A stretch of DNA of 64,000 nt. Source: Promethearchaeota archaeon (GTDB taxonomy: Archaea; Asgardarchaeota; Lokiarchaeia; Sigyniarchaeales; SOKP01). The notes under the pieces are model-generated. The model did no database searches and was not told where the DNA came from. It saw only the letters and a list, made by a program, of their open reading frames with translations. The stretch is taken from assembly GCA_019058365.1 (NCBI GenBank), contig JAHPZE010000003.1, positions 32,001 through 96,000 on the forward strand, written 5' to 3'. Every line of letters begins with the position of its first letter. Position 1 is the first letter of the stretch. Shown here one piece after another: positions 52,710-61,927 of the stretch. Position numbers and translations under genes: made by a program.

Positions 52710-53987
52710 TTGAAAAAAAAAACCTATATTCTATTAGGATTAGTAATTGGTTTGCTTTTTAGCTCTTTACCTCAATTTAAATTATCCAGGTTTGATCACC
52801 AGAATAATAAAAACAATAATTTAAAGATTAAAACTAATGAATTAGACGAATCATGGGAAAATGCTTTTGAATTTTTTGGATTAGATATGGTTATTGATTT
52901 AAATGATTGTATTTATGTTATGGCAGCTGAAAATTACTATTCAGGTTTGGGTTATTGGTATTATGGTGATCTAATATTATCAAAGTACAACAGCACTGGA
53001 GATCAATTATGGAGTTTTAATTTAGAGGGATTAAGATTAGATTATTCTGTGATTGCTATCGATTCAAAATCTAACCTATATTTAGCAAGCATGTTTGATA
53101 ATTATTCAATAACGCCCAACATGATATTGTTTAAATTCAATTCTTCTGGGGATTTAATATGGCAAAAAACATGGGATGGAGGAGGTAATGGAGATATTGT
53201 CGATATTGGTGTTGATTCAAAAGATGATATTTATATTTATGGGACTGCGGATTTAACTGAAGAATTCAAATCAAGTTTATTTATAGTAAAATATAATAGT
53301 TCTGGTGATCAACAATGGGTGTATCTTTATGGAGAATTAGAGGGATTTTATGAAGGAGAGGATATGGAAATTGATTCAAATGGTAATTTAATAGTATCAG
53401 GTTTTTACTATATCCAAGGGGATTCTTCTAATTGGATAAGATGCTATAATCAGTCTGGAATTTTGAAGTGGGAAATGATTAGTGAACAGGGGGGTTATTA
53501 TAATCTAGCAATAGATTCTTCGGATAATATAATTGTTGGAGGAAGATCATATATAGTGAAATATAATGATTTAGGTGATTTAATATGGGCATGGCAACAT
53601 CATTTTGAATTTTATTGGTCAATTGATATAACATTTGATTCTTTTGATAATATATATGCAGGTACGATTATAAGCATCCCAGAAGACCACCATAATTATG
53701 ATCTATATGTTGTTAAAATTAATAGTTCTGGAAATTTTGATTGGTATTTAACATGGGGTGGTGCAGGTGATGAAGATTTAATCGCAATTGATATTGACTC
53801 AAGTGACAATATCTATATATTATCTGATCATTTTCTACTAAAGAATCCAGAAAGTAATGGGAAATCACTCACTAATGAGAAATTATGGTCATTTTATCTG
53901 ATTATGTTTGGTATCTGCTTCTCTATTTCTGCGATCTCGTTGGTTCTTATTGTAAAGCGACGAGGTCGTAAAATGGAAATAAATTAA
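52710..53987 (+). CDS. Surface beta-propeller (SBBP-like repeat) protein
   Basis: Signal-like N-terminus, repeated IAIDS..NIY/KYNSSG..W units and a C-terminal TM helix. Confidence 0.82.
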   Translation: MKKKTYILLGLVIGLLFSSLPQFKLSRFDHQNNKNNNLKIKTNELDESWENAFEFFGLDMVIDLNDCIYVMAAENYYSGLGYWYYGDLILSKYNSTGDQLWSFNLEGLRLDYSVIAIDSKSNLYLASMFDNYSITPNMILFKFNSSGDLIWQKTWDGGGNGDIVDIGVDSKDDIYIYGTADLTEEFKSSLFIVKYNSSGDQQWVYLYGELEGFYEGEDMEIDSNGNLIVSGFYYIQGDSSNWIRCYNQSGILKWEMISEQGGYYNLAIDSSDNIIVGGRSYIVKYNDLGDLIWAWQHHFEFYWSIDITFDSFDNIYAGTIISIPEDHHNYDLYVVKINSSGNFDWYLTWGGAGDEDLIAIDIDSSDNIYILSDHFLLKNPESNGKSLTNEKLWSFYLIMFGICFSISAISLVLIVKRRGRKMEIN

Positions 53988-54091
53988 ATCTAAAAGCAAA
54001 AATCTTAAGATTTAATTTAGCTAAAAGATAATGCAGACTTCTAATTTAATACTGTTCATGAAAGAAATAAATGATATTAATAATGTAAGCA

Positions 54092-54634
54092 TTAAAAGTA
54101 TCTCGCACCAAAAAAGAAGTAAGCATTCATCAGATAAGCATCAATTATACCAATTACTAAAAATGATAAAGTATTGATGATTGCTGATATTGAAAATACT
54201 GTTTTAGATGATAAGATTATCCTTGATCGATCTTCTGTCAAAAGCTTTTGAAATTCTGATTGATATAAAATCCATTCAATAATGATTACAATAATTTCAA
54301 TCACAAGCCAAATATAGAGTATAAAAATTATATTAAACGCTAATGAAAAATAAAATGCTAAGTGGGTAGCTGGAAATGTGATAAGGTTGACTAGTATTAC
54401 AGATAGTAATAATTCTCGTTTACCCACTTCATGTGACCTCGAAATATCATAAAGAACACCATATTCAATAAATGTATTAAGAAAGAAAGTCCCAACCAAA
54501 GCTATTATTATGAAAACGGGATACTCCCAAAAAGCAATCGGTACGATACCTGCTGGGATATATAAAATTGTACTAGATATAAACGCGATGAATACCACAA
54601 ATCCAATAACTCCAATATAATTTCGAAGCCTCAT
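54092..54634 (-). CDS. Hypothetical membrane protein
   Basis: Five hydrophobic helices. Confidence 0.65.
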   Translation of the reverse strand: MRLRNYIGVIGFVVFIAFISSTILYIPAGIVPIAFWEYPVFIIIALVGTFFLNTFIEYGVLYDISRSHEVGKRELLLSVILVNLITFPATHLAFYFSLAFNIIFILYIWLVIEIIVIIIEWILYQSEFQKLLTEDRSRIILSSKTVFSISAIINTLSFLVIGIIDAYLMNAYFFFGARYF

Positions 54635-54713
54635 AATGAAATTGTAGATAATGTACTTTTTAAGCTTTTGTGCTCATAAATTTAGTTTTCTATAAATATG
54701 AAATTACCGAAAT

Positions 54714-54870
54714 TGCTCAAGAGCATACTCCTTCCCGTCTTATCTCAAAAAAGCATTTAACAAAACTTACCATCTCCATCCACACCACAATCCCCTACAC
54801 GTTAAGCTTGAACCTTGTGATTCCTCTTTCAACACTATACACCAGTGCTATTGAGAGCAGCGTGTTAAGA
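54714..54870 (-). repeat. R5: full 23S trailer plus last ~30 nt of 23S
   Basis: Colinear with about 61930-62080, including TCCCCTACACGTTAAGCTTGAACCTTGTG and GTGCTATTGAGAG. Confidence 0.92.
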
Positions 54871-54873
54871 ATC

Positions 54874-55365
54874 TTAAGAATATAACTTCCTTAAATATGA
54901 TTTTAATGTGTCAATATTTTTAAAGTAAAATAAGCTTTCCTCTTCCTTAAAAAAAGGTTTTAATAAACCTCCTCTTTTAAGGACTTCTGTAATTTCCGCA
55001 TCTCTTAATACGAATACTTTTGTCTTTTTAGAAAGTTCTCTAAAGGAGAGGATGATTCCCATTTCGATCATATGACCTCCTTTATCGTGTTCTATAATCA
55101 TGATGATTTCATTCGAAAATTTAGCAATAAGATCAAATTTAAAAATTAAATTCTCAAGATGGGTACGTCTAAATTCTTTTTCAAAAAATCCTAGGTTATT
55201 CTTAACAGAATTTACAATCTTTTGTACTTCTTGAAGAGTAGTGAAAGCTTCTTCATTGTACGAACCACAAATAAAGATCTTGTTTTTCTTCAAATCGTAA
55301 ACTGAAAAAATATTAGTAAATTCATCTAAAAAATCATCCCATGCATTATCGTGTGAAAACTGCAT
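54874..55365 (-). CDS. Hypothetical protein, possible nucleoside 2-deoxyribosyltransferase-like fold
   Basis: IFICGS and SNEIIMII...GGHMIEMG pattern. Confidence 0.55.
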   Translation of the reverse strand: MQFSHDNAWDDFLDEFTNIFSVYDLKKNKIFICGSYNEEAFTTLQEVQKIVNSVKNNLGFFEKEFRRTHLENLIFKFDLIAKFSNEIIMIIEHDKGGHMIEMGIILSFRELSKKTKVFVLRDAEITEVLKRGGLLKPFFKEEESLFYFKNIDTLKSYLRKLYS

Positions 55366-55538
55366 TCTCTACTCCCAATAAATATAAAATAAATTAGAAA
55401 TTCATTTATGGTATAATTTATTATATACCAATAATAATTGACTCAATTAATTTTGAGTTAAATTTAAATAATTGATTATGCATATTTAATTTGAAATTAG
55501 ATGAAATATAGAATATAAATAATGAGAGTGAAAAAGTT

Positions 55539-55880
55539 TTGGATACTCCCAAAAACCTTGAAAATATAAGGAAAGAATTGGAAATCATATCAGAAAAGAC
55601 ACGATATAAGATACTGCTAACTTTATTAGCTAGTGAAAAATCTCTCTCATTCAGTCGATTTAGGGAACTTTTACCTTCTATTCCAGAGAATACTCTGAAT
55701 TATCATCTTAAAATCCTTAAAGAACAAAATTTTATTAAAAATGAAAAAAGAATGGGATACAAACGTTCTGAACCTCGCTCTTTTTATTCTCTTAGGAAAA
55801 AATCCATTGATCTGCTTGGAAATTTAGGTTTAAATGATGTGAAAGAAGAATTTCAAGCGTTATTTAAACAAATGACATAA
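55539..55880 (+). CDS. ArsR-like winged-helix regulator
   Basis: TRYKILLTL, LSFS and NTLNYHLKIL. Confidence 0.85.
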   Translation: MDTPKNLENIRKELEIISEKTRYKILLTLLASEKSLSFSRFRELLPSIPENTLNYHLKILKEQNFIKNEKRMGYKRSEPRSFYSLRKKSIDLLGNLGLNDVKEEFQALFKQMT

Positions 55881-55901
55881 TTTATTTTTTAAAAAAAAAA
55901 A

Positions 55902-55970
55902 CGCTGCTCAAGAACATACTCCCCCTCGTCTTGTCCGTTCCATCTCGTTTTTATTCTTATCACCACCCCC
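55902..55970 (-). repeat. R4: 23S-trailer copy
   Basis: A11 tract, then CGCTGCTCAAGAACATACTCC and a pyrimidine-rich tail. Confidence 0.8.
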
Positions 55971-56173
55971 AAACACAAACAAAAAAAAATAAAAAACCAT
56001 AGCTAATATAACAGAAATTTTATAATCTTAAAAAACTCCTTTATTTAATATAACTAGACAAATTTATCAAAATATTGGACTCATAATTGTTATGACCATA
56101 TATCCTGAAATTGTATAATCTTATAGTTGTATTATTCTTTATATTTAAATATAACATTAAGTTGAAATAAGTT

Positions 56174-56839
56174 ATGAAATATACTTCTATCTTTGATGTA
56201 ATTGGCCATATAATGGTTGGACCAAGTTCAAGCCATACTGCAGGAGCGTGTCAAATTGCGTATGTTGCACGGTTATTATTTGGAAAAAAGCCTAAAACTG
56301 TAAAAATAGGACTTCATGGTTCATTTGCAGAGACATATAAAGGTCATGGTACGGATATCGCAATTTTAGCTGGACTACTTGGATTTACACCTGAAGATGA
56401 TATGATCAAAAACGCATTTGAAATTGCTGAAAAAGAGGGGCTTGATTATTCATTTGAACTTGTGGATTTAGGGGTGGATTACCATCCAAATTCAGTTAGT
56501 ATAGAGATGTTTGATGGATCAGAAAAAATGAATGTAATAGGTTCTTCAATTGGAGGAGGTAACATAATAATCAAAGAAGTTAATAGCTTAGAAGCAGGAT
56601 TTGGGGGAGAACCAAATACGCTCGTAATATTAAATCATGACAAGATTGGGGCACTTGTAAATATAGCAAATACACTTCAAAAATTTAAATTAAATATAGG
56701 ATCGATGAAAATCTCCAGAAATTTGAAAAAAAAGATATCTTTAACATGGCTTGAAGCAGATACCGCGATACCAGAAGATCTAATTGATGCATTAAAAAAA
56801 TATCCAGAAATAATTTGGGTGAGGGTAATCAATGTTTGA
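56174..56839 (+). CDS. sdaAB: Fe-S L-serine dehydratase beta subunit
   Basis: MVGPSSSHTAGA, GHGTD, HPN, SIGGG and an ACT domain. Confidence 0.95.
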   Translation: MKYTSIFDVIGHIMVGPSSSHTAGACQIAYVARLLFGKKPKTVKIGLHGSFAETYKGHGTDIAILAGLLGFTPEDDMIKNAFEIAEKEGLDYSFELVDLGVDYHPNSVSIEMFDGSEKMNVIGSSIGGGNIIIKEVNSLEAGFGGEPNTLVILNHDKIGALVNIANTLQKFKLNIGSMKISRNLKKKISLTWLEADTAIPEDLIDALKKYPEIIWVRVINV

Positions 56840-57698
56840 ATCTATTTCTAATCTGCTCAATGAATCTCAAACAAAAGGGATTCCATTACATGAATTAATA
56901 ATAAACGATGAAATGGAATTTCAAAATATTCCTAAGCGGATTATAATTGAAAAGCTTAATAAATCTTTAATTATAATGAAACAGTCTCTTGAAAAAGCAC
57001 TTGTAAGTGATATTGAATTGCCGATCAAAGAAGCAAGCCATCAGGCAAAAAGAATGCTTTCACCAGGAATTTTCTGTGGAACTAATTTAAAAGAAGCCGT
57101 GGGCTGGGCAATGGCTATCGGTGAATATAATAGTGGTATGGGATTAATTGTTGCTTGTCCTACAGCAGGTTCTTCTGGAACCCTACCTGCTGTTCTTTTT
57201 AAAGCTAAAGAAATTCTAAATAAATCGGATGATGATGTATTAAACGCTTTAATCGTTGCGGCAGCAATAGGGGCAATTATTGGTAATAACGCAATGCTTT
57301 CGGGAAGTGAAGGAGGTTGTCAAGCTGAAATTGGAGTTGCATCTGCAATGGCGTCGGCTGCTATAACTTATATGGCTGGAGGAACCCATCTTCAGATAGA
57401 CAATGCGATTGCATTAACATTAAAAAATCTATTAGGACTTGTTTGTGATCCTGTTGCCGGATTAGTAATTTCACCATGCATTAAAAGGAATGCTATAGGT
57501 GTGGTTAACGCATTTTTAGCTGCTGAAATGGCAATATCAGGAGTTGTATCTATTATCCCAGCAGATGAAGTTGTGGATGCTATGATGAAAGTTGGTCGTA
57601 AATTACCATATGAATTAAAAGAGACAGGAAAGGGTGGAATAGCAGCAACTAAAACGGGGAAAAGAATAAGAAAGAGCCTTTTTTCTGATATGTTATAA
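56832..57698 (+). CDS. sdaAA: Fe-S L-serine dehydratase alpha subunit
   Basis: ACPTAGS, GGCQAEIG, GLVCDPVAG, PCIKRN and ETGKGG. Confidence 0.95.
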   Translation: MFESISNLLNESQTKGIPLHELIINDEMEFQNIPKRIIIEKLNKSLIIMKQSLEKALVSDIELPIKEASHQAKRMLSPGIFCGTNLKEAVGWAMAIGEYNSGMGLIVACPTAGSSGTLPAVLFKAKEILNKSDDDVLNALIVAAAIGAIIGNNAMLSGSEGGCQAEIGVASAMASAAITYMAGGTHLQIDNAIALTLKNLLGLVCDPVAGLVISPCIKRNAIGVVNAFLAAEMAISGVVSIIPADEVVDAMMKVGRKLPYELKETGKGGIAATKTGKRIRKSLFSDML

Positions 57699-58012
57699 CA
57701 TTTATAAATCCAATAGAAAAAAAAGGATGAGTGAGAAATTAAAAATTGAATAATTAGGTCTTTATATTTTTTTTTATTCTCCCTATTTTTATGATTGGAA
57801 TTGTTCACTAAATTTTCATTGAAATCAGGCAGAAATAAATATATCCATTAATATATGTTCTTGAAAAATTAATCATCTCGAATTTTAATAATATACGTTC
57901 TAAAAATATAATTTCTTGCATTTGTTCATCTAATTGTTCAAGATTTAGTTCGAAATAAAAACAAAAATTATAAATATTATTGTTCTATTATATAATATAA
58001 TGGTGTTCAATT

Positions 58013-58687
58013 ATGAAAATGATGATTGAAAAAGATAGAAAAGAGATAATTTCAGAAGTGCAAAAATATGGTGGTATAGGTCTGCGACACCAATCTTTAA
58101 GAGTACACAAGAATGGGGCAAAATTTCCAATAAGTAAGAACTATATTGATGATGAACTTTTGGATCCCGAAATAGTATATACTCTTATTTTAATACCGGA
58201 AATTAAAATTGCTACTAAAACTAGTGTAGCATTAAGTTATTTTGCTCGAAAAAAAGGTCCTCTCGTATTTTATACATATCCCGAGAGCATTCTTGAAGAA
58301 GGTTTTTCCGTTCAAATTGCAAATATAATGGTTCAAGTATCTAAAGAGGGTTTCTTTGCCAACCAGTCAAGCACTGTACCATCAACCTTGAATTATTATT
58401 TTGAAATTCCTTCAGAATGGGCTCGTGGAAATAAAGAAATGCTCATGATCAGCGTGTTTTTAGATAAACCTATAAATAAGCTACTAGAAAAAAGGATTCA
58501 GGAAATATGTACTGATTTTGCTTTGCAATTAAAAAATGCAGAAGGACTTTTTAAAGCGCTATATATGGAAACAATTGATAAAATTCCGGAAAAGGATCGT
58601 TCAGACATTAAAAAATTTAATGAAAATTTAAAAACTAAAATAAAAACTTTATATGAGGAAATAGAAATATCGAGTAAGGAAAAATGA
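58013..58687 (+). CDS. Hypothetical protein, possible longin/uDENN-like domain
   Basis: LSYF...GPLVFYTYP and SEWARG..MLMIS pattern. Confidence 0.55.
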   Translation: MKMMIEKDRKEIISEVQKYGGIGLRHQSLRVHKNGAKFPISKNYIDDELLDPEIVYTLILIPEIKIATKTSVALSYFARKKGPLVFYTYPESILEEGFSVQIANIMVQVSKEGFFANQSSTVPSTLNYYFEIPSEWARGNKEMLMISVFLDKPINKLLEKRIQEICTDFALQLKNAEGLFKALYMETIDKIPEKDRSDIKKFNENLKTKIKTLYEEIEISSKEK

Positions 58688-58691
58688 AGAT

Positions 58692-58804
58692 GGTCGCCCG
58701 AAAGCTCCCTACGTACACCCACACCTCACTAACCCCGTCTTTTACGGGTGTACTTGTCTCGCATACTCAGTTCGCACCACCGCGCTCTGATCTCGTTACT
58801 CAGC
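58692..58804 (-). repeat. R3: 113-nt copy of mature 23S sequence (62083-62195)
   Basis: 7 mismatches and no gaps against 62083-62195. Confidence 0.96.
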
Positions 58805-60625
58805 TTAGGGAACAAAATAATGGGTATTTTGTTGGTGATCCTGTGAATGTATTTTCCCAGTCGATCTAAGTTTATTCAATGTTTCTTTTAGATTTTCTTT
58901 TCCGAATTCTAACATTTTAGGATCTTTAAGAAAATTTTCTAACCTTTTTTCTAAAGCTTCTAATGTAAAAGCAGAACCTTGATTATCTTTCAAATAATTG
59001 TAAATTTTTTCTTTAAAATCTTCTTCAATTGAATATTCCTTCTTAATTGTTGTTGTTTTTTTAAATGCCAGTTTCTCAATAATTTCCATATTCCTTTTTG
59101 TTAAAGCAAAGTCACTTTTAATTTCAAGTGCTTTTTGGTAGCATTTATATGCTACCTCGTATTGCATGAGCATTTGTTGGGCAACACCATTAGCTGTCCA
59201 TGATTTTTCATCAGGGAAGAATCCATGATGCTTAGCTTCTACAGATTTCAGATGTGTTTTTGAAAGATCAGGACGCTTGAATTTAGAAATGTTATTCTTA
59301 GCCATTAGACCATACATCATAATTTGTATTGGATTAAATCCTAATTGCTGACTTTTTGCAAAACACATAAGGGCATTTTTAAACTCTCCCAAGGCGCAGT
59401 GCGCTTTCCCACGATAAAACCATGCTGGTCCTGATGTGGGCTCACGTTCATTGATTCTAATTAATGTAGTAAGAGCACTTTCAAAATTACCAGTTGCTTC
59501 TTCTTCAACGACCATTTGCAATAATTCTTCTATATTCTCTTTATGCATGGGAGTCCTGCAATACGGGCATATACCACTGTTGGTATAATTTTTCTTTCCA
59601 CAGCGGGGACAATAATCACGTCCATCAACAACTGAATGAATTGTACCTTCTACTCCCATCGTACTGAAATGCTTCAATGCATCGATTTGTTCTTTAGCAT
59701 TTTCATGATTAGGTTTTAACTCCAATGTTTTTTTATAATCAGCCAAGGCTCTCTCAAATTGATTAGTTTTTTTGAAACTTGTTGCTCGGTTATAGTATGC
59801 CCCCTCAAAATCTGGATTAATTTCGATAGATTTAGAATAACTTAATATTGCTTCATCATATCTCTCCAGTGAATCTAATGCAAGCCCTTTATTATTATAT
59901 GAAGCAGAATAATTGGGATTTAACTCTATAGCTCTATCATAACATTCAATAGCTTTTTCAAATAAATTTTGGCTATCATAAACCCACCCTTTATGAACCC
60001 ACGCTAAAAATAATGTTGGTTCATATTTTAATGCTTTTTCGAAATAAACAAGTGCATTTTTTTGATTCTGAGACATTTGGTTAATGATACCTAAGTAAAG
60101 ATAAGCCTCAGCAAATTCTGGGAATATTTTAATCGCAGAATTAATCGCATTAAGAGCTTCAGACATTTTATTTCGATGGGTAAGTTTAATACCCTGTTTA
60201 AATAAGTCTAAAGCTTTTTTTGGAATGTTTTTGCCTTCAACTTTTAATGATCCAAAAAACTCCTTCTGTCGCTTTGCTTGCATTAGTAGAGGGAGAGCTT
60301 GTCGAAAATTAGGATTATGCTTCAAAATTTTCTCAATTGTCTCTATTGATTCATCATATTTTCCCTCCATTAAGAGCATTAATGCAAGATTGAGAAGTGT
60401 AAAGGGATTGTAAGGATCATAAGAAAGTGCACGATTAAGACATTCTTTTGCTTTCTCAAACTCCTCAAGGTGGAGATAAACACTTCCCATATTGCAAAAT
60501 AACTCTGGATCGTCATCTACTAGTTTATAAGCCTTTTTAAAAAAATTTAAAGCTTCTTGTGGTTTACGATTATTCAATGCTATTGTGCCTTGGTTGTATA
60601 AATCTTCGTATTCTTTACTATACAA
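58805..60625 (-). CDS. TPR-repeat protein with an internal zinc ribbon
   Basis: Many TPR units (A...Y..A.EL.P) and CPRC...CPYC. Confidence 0.92.
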   Translation of the reverse strand: MYSKEYEDLYNQGTIALNNRKPQEALNFFKKAYKLVDDDPELFCNMGSVYLHLEEFEKAKECLNRALSYDPYNPFTLLNLALMLLMEGKYDESIETIEKILKHNPNFRQALPLLMQAKRQKEFFGSLKVEGKNIPKKALDLFKQGIKLTHRNKMSEALNAINSAIKIFPEFAEAYLYLGIINQMSQNQKNALVYFEKALKYEPTLFLAWVHKGWVYDSQNLFEKAIECYDRAIELNPNYSASYNNKGLALDSLERYDEAILSYSKSIEINPDFEGAYYNRATSFKKTNQFERALADYKKTLELKPNHENAKEQIDALKHFSTMGVEGTIHSVVDGRDYCPRCGKKNYTNSGICPYCRTPMHKENIEELLQMVVEEEATGNFESALTTLIRINEREPTSGPAWFYRGKAHCALGEFKNALMCFAKSQQLGFNPIQIMMYGLMAKNNISKFKRPDLSKTHLKSVEAKHHGFFPDEKSWTANGVAQQMLMQYEVAYKCYQKALEIKSDFALTKRNMEIIEKLAFKKTTTIKKEYSIEEDFKEKIYNYLKDNQGSAFTLEALEKRLENFLKDPKMLEFGKENLKETLNKLRSTGKIHSQDHQQNTHYFVP

Positions 60626-60759
60626 TAAAAATCACATTTTTGTCTTTGTAATAAAATATTTGTTTAATTAATTTATAAATATTTTTAAGATTGAGATATG
60701 AACATTGAATACCCAAATTTGGATACCTTCTTAATTAAAAATAAGAAAAAATAAAACCG

Positions 60760-60874
60760 TGCTCTAAAACATACTCCAGTCCTTCTCGTCTCAAACCATT
60801 CAATCCTTACCTTATTGCTCCGTCCACGCGACAATCCCCTACACGCTAAGCCTGAACCTTATGATTCCCCTTTC
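60760..60874 (-). repeat. R2: 23S-trailer copy
   Basis: Colinear with 61930-62041, roughly 80% identical by eye; exact TCCCCTACACGCTAAGCCTGAACCTT. Confidence 0.93.
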
Positions 60875-60875
60875 T

Positions 60876-61253
60876 TTAATAACTCCATGCCTTCATTTCT
60901 AATTCTTTTATTTTTCTCTCTTAATTTCTGTATTTCATAGAGATTTTTCCTAACTAAATGTTCTATATATTCTCCTAGTTTTCTTTTTTCCATTAATAAT
61001 ATATTCTTATCTCTCAGATTGTCTATTTCAATTTGATTCCCTAAATATTCAATTGGCCTCTTAATATTCTTATCTCAACTCCAGTTCTTTTTTTTGCTTG
61101 AATTAAACTCTCTTTATATTTCCCTTCAGATGTAATCGGAAGCAATTGATTAATTGTAAACAATTTGTCTTCTAAGTCTACTAAATAATGATTAAAAAGC
61201 TCTTTTCTCTTTCCTAAATCCTTAATATCTATTGCTATTTTTTCGCAATCCAT
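60876..61253 (-). pseudogene. Probable frameshifted coiled-coil gene
   Basis: The 70-aa ORF 61041-61253 continues after a one-base shift as GNQIEIDNLRDKNILLMEKRK...AWSY, with its stop at 60876. Confidence 0.5.
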
Positions 61254-61311
61254 TTTAAGAATTAAAGTTGAAAACGTTACTACTAAATAAGTAAAAGAAA
61301 TATAAAAATAA

Positions 61312-61356
61312 TGCTCATGAACATACTCCTTCTAAACCCTTCTCATCTCAAACCAT
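61312..61356 (-). repeat. R1: short 23S-trailer copy
   Basis: TGCTCATGAACATACTCCTTC...CCTTCTCATCTCAAACCA after an A-tract. Confidence 0.88.
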
Positions 61357-61870
61357 GATAATTGTATAAGAAACTACCAATTCGCTCAAAAACCTCTTCA
61401 CATCCCAACCCAGTCCCCGCTGAAATCTCCATATATCCCATCAAATTATTATCACTTGCAAAATTCCTAATATCTTCTCCAGAAACCTTGCGAACCCCTA
61501 CTAAATCGAGTTTATTTCCAATTAAGTAAATTGGAATATCTCCTGCATATTCCTTAATCATTCTAGGAAATTCAGATAAATAGGTAAAGGAATTTAAATT
61601 TGTCAGATCATAAAAAAGAATGACAACATCTGACCCTGATATAAATATTCTTAAATCACGTCTAAAACTTTCTTTATTCGAAACATTCCAAATCATAAAA
61701 TTAATTACACACTCTCCAACAAACAATTCCTTTTTATAAGCCTCTACTCCTATGGTCTCTAAATGATCTTCAACGAAAAAATGATCATCGATAGACTTCC
61801 TAAGAAAAGTACGCCTTCCAACCTCTCTATCACCGATTATGACAAGTCTGAATATATAATTAGGCTTCAC
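61343..61870 (-). CDS. Degenerate Rab-like small GTPase
   Basis: GDREVGRR (G1), TIGVE, WNVS (G3), NKLD and EISA. Confidence 0.85.
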   Translation of the reverse strand: MKPNYIFRLVIIGDREVGRRTFLRKSIDDHFFVEDHLETIGVEAYKKELFVGECVINFMIWNVSNKESFRRDLRIFISGSDVVILFYDLTNLNSFTYLSEFPRMIKEYAGDIPIYLIGNKLDLVGVRKVSGEDIRNFASDNNLMGYMEISAGTGLGCEEVFERIGSFLYNYHGLR

Positions 61871-61910
61871 AATACTTCTATATCAATTTTTCCTAAATAA
61901 ATCATATGAT

Positions 61911-61925
61911 AAAAAAAAAATAAAA
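61911..61925 (-). terminator. Oligo-T terminator of the 23S transcript
   Basis: TTTTATTTTTTTTTT on the minus strand right after the G-rich trailer. Confidence 0.7.
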
Positions 61926-61927
61926 TC

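Noticed and set aside
58684-58869. 61-aa ORF (also 54670-54885)
   Set aside because: Translation of rRNA-derived repeats.
2811-60413. Short antisense or nested ORFs in the track (e.g. 2811, 5760, 7402, 21559, 24197, 30973, 57392, 60225)
   Set aside because: Shadows of well-supported genes with no independent motifs.
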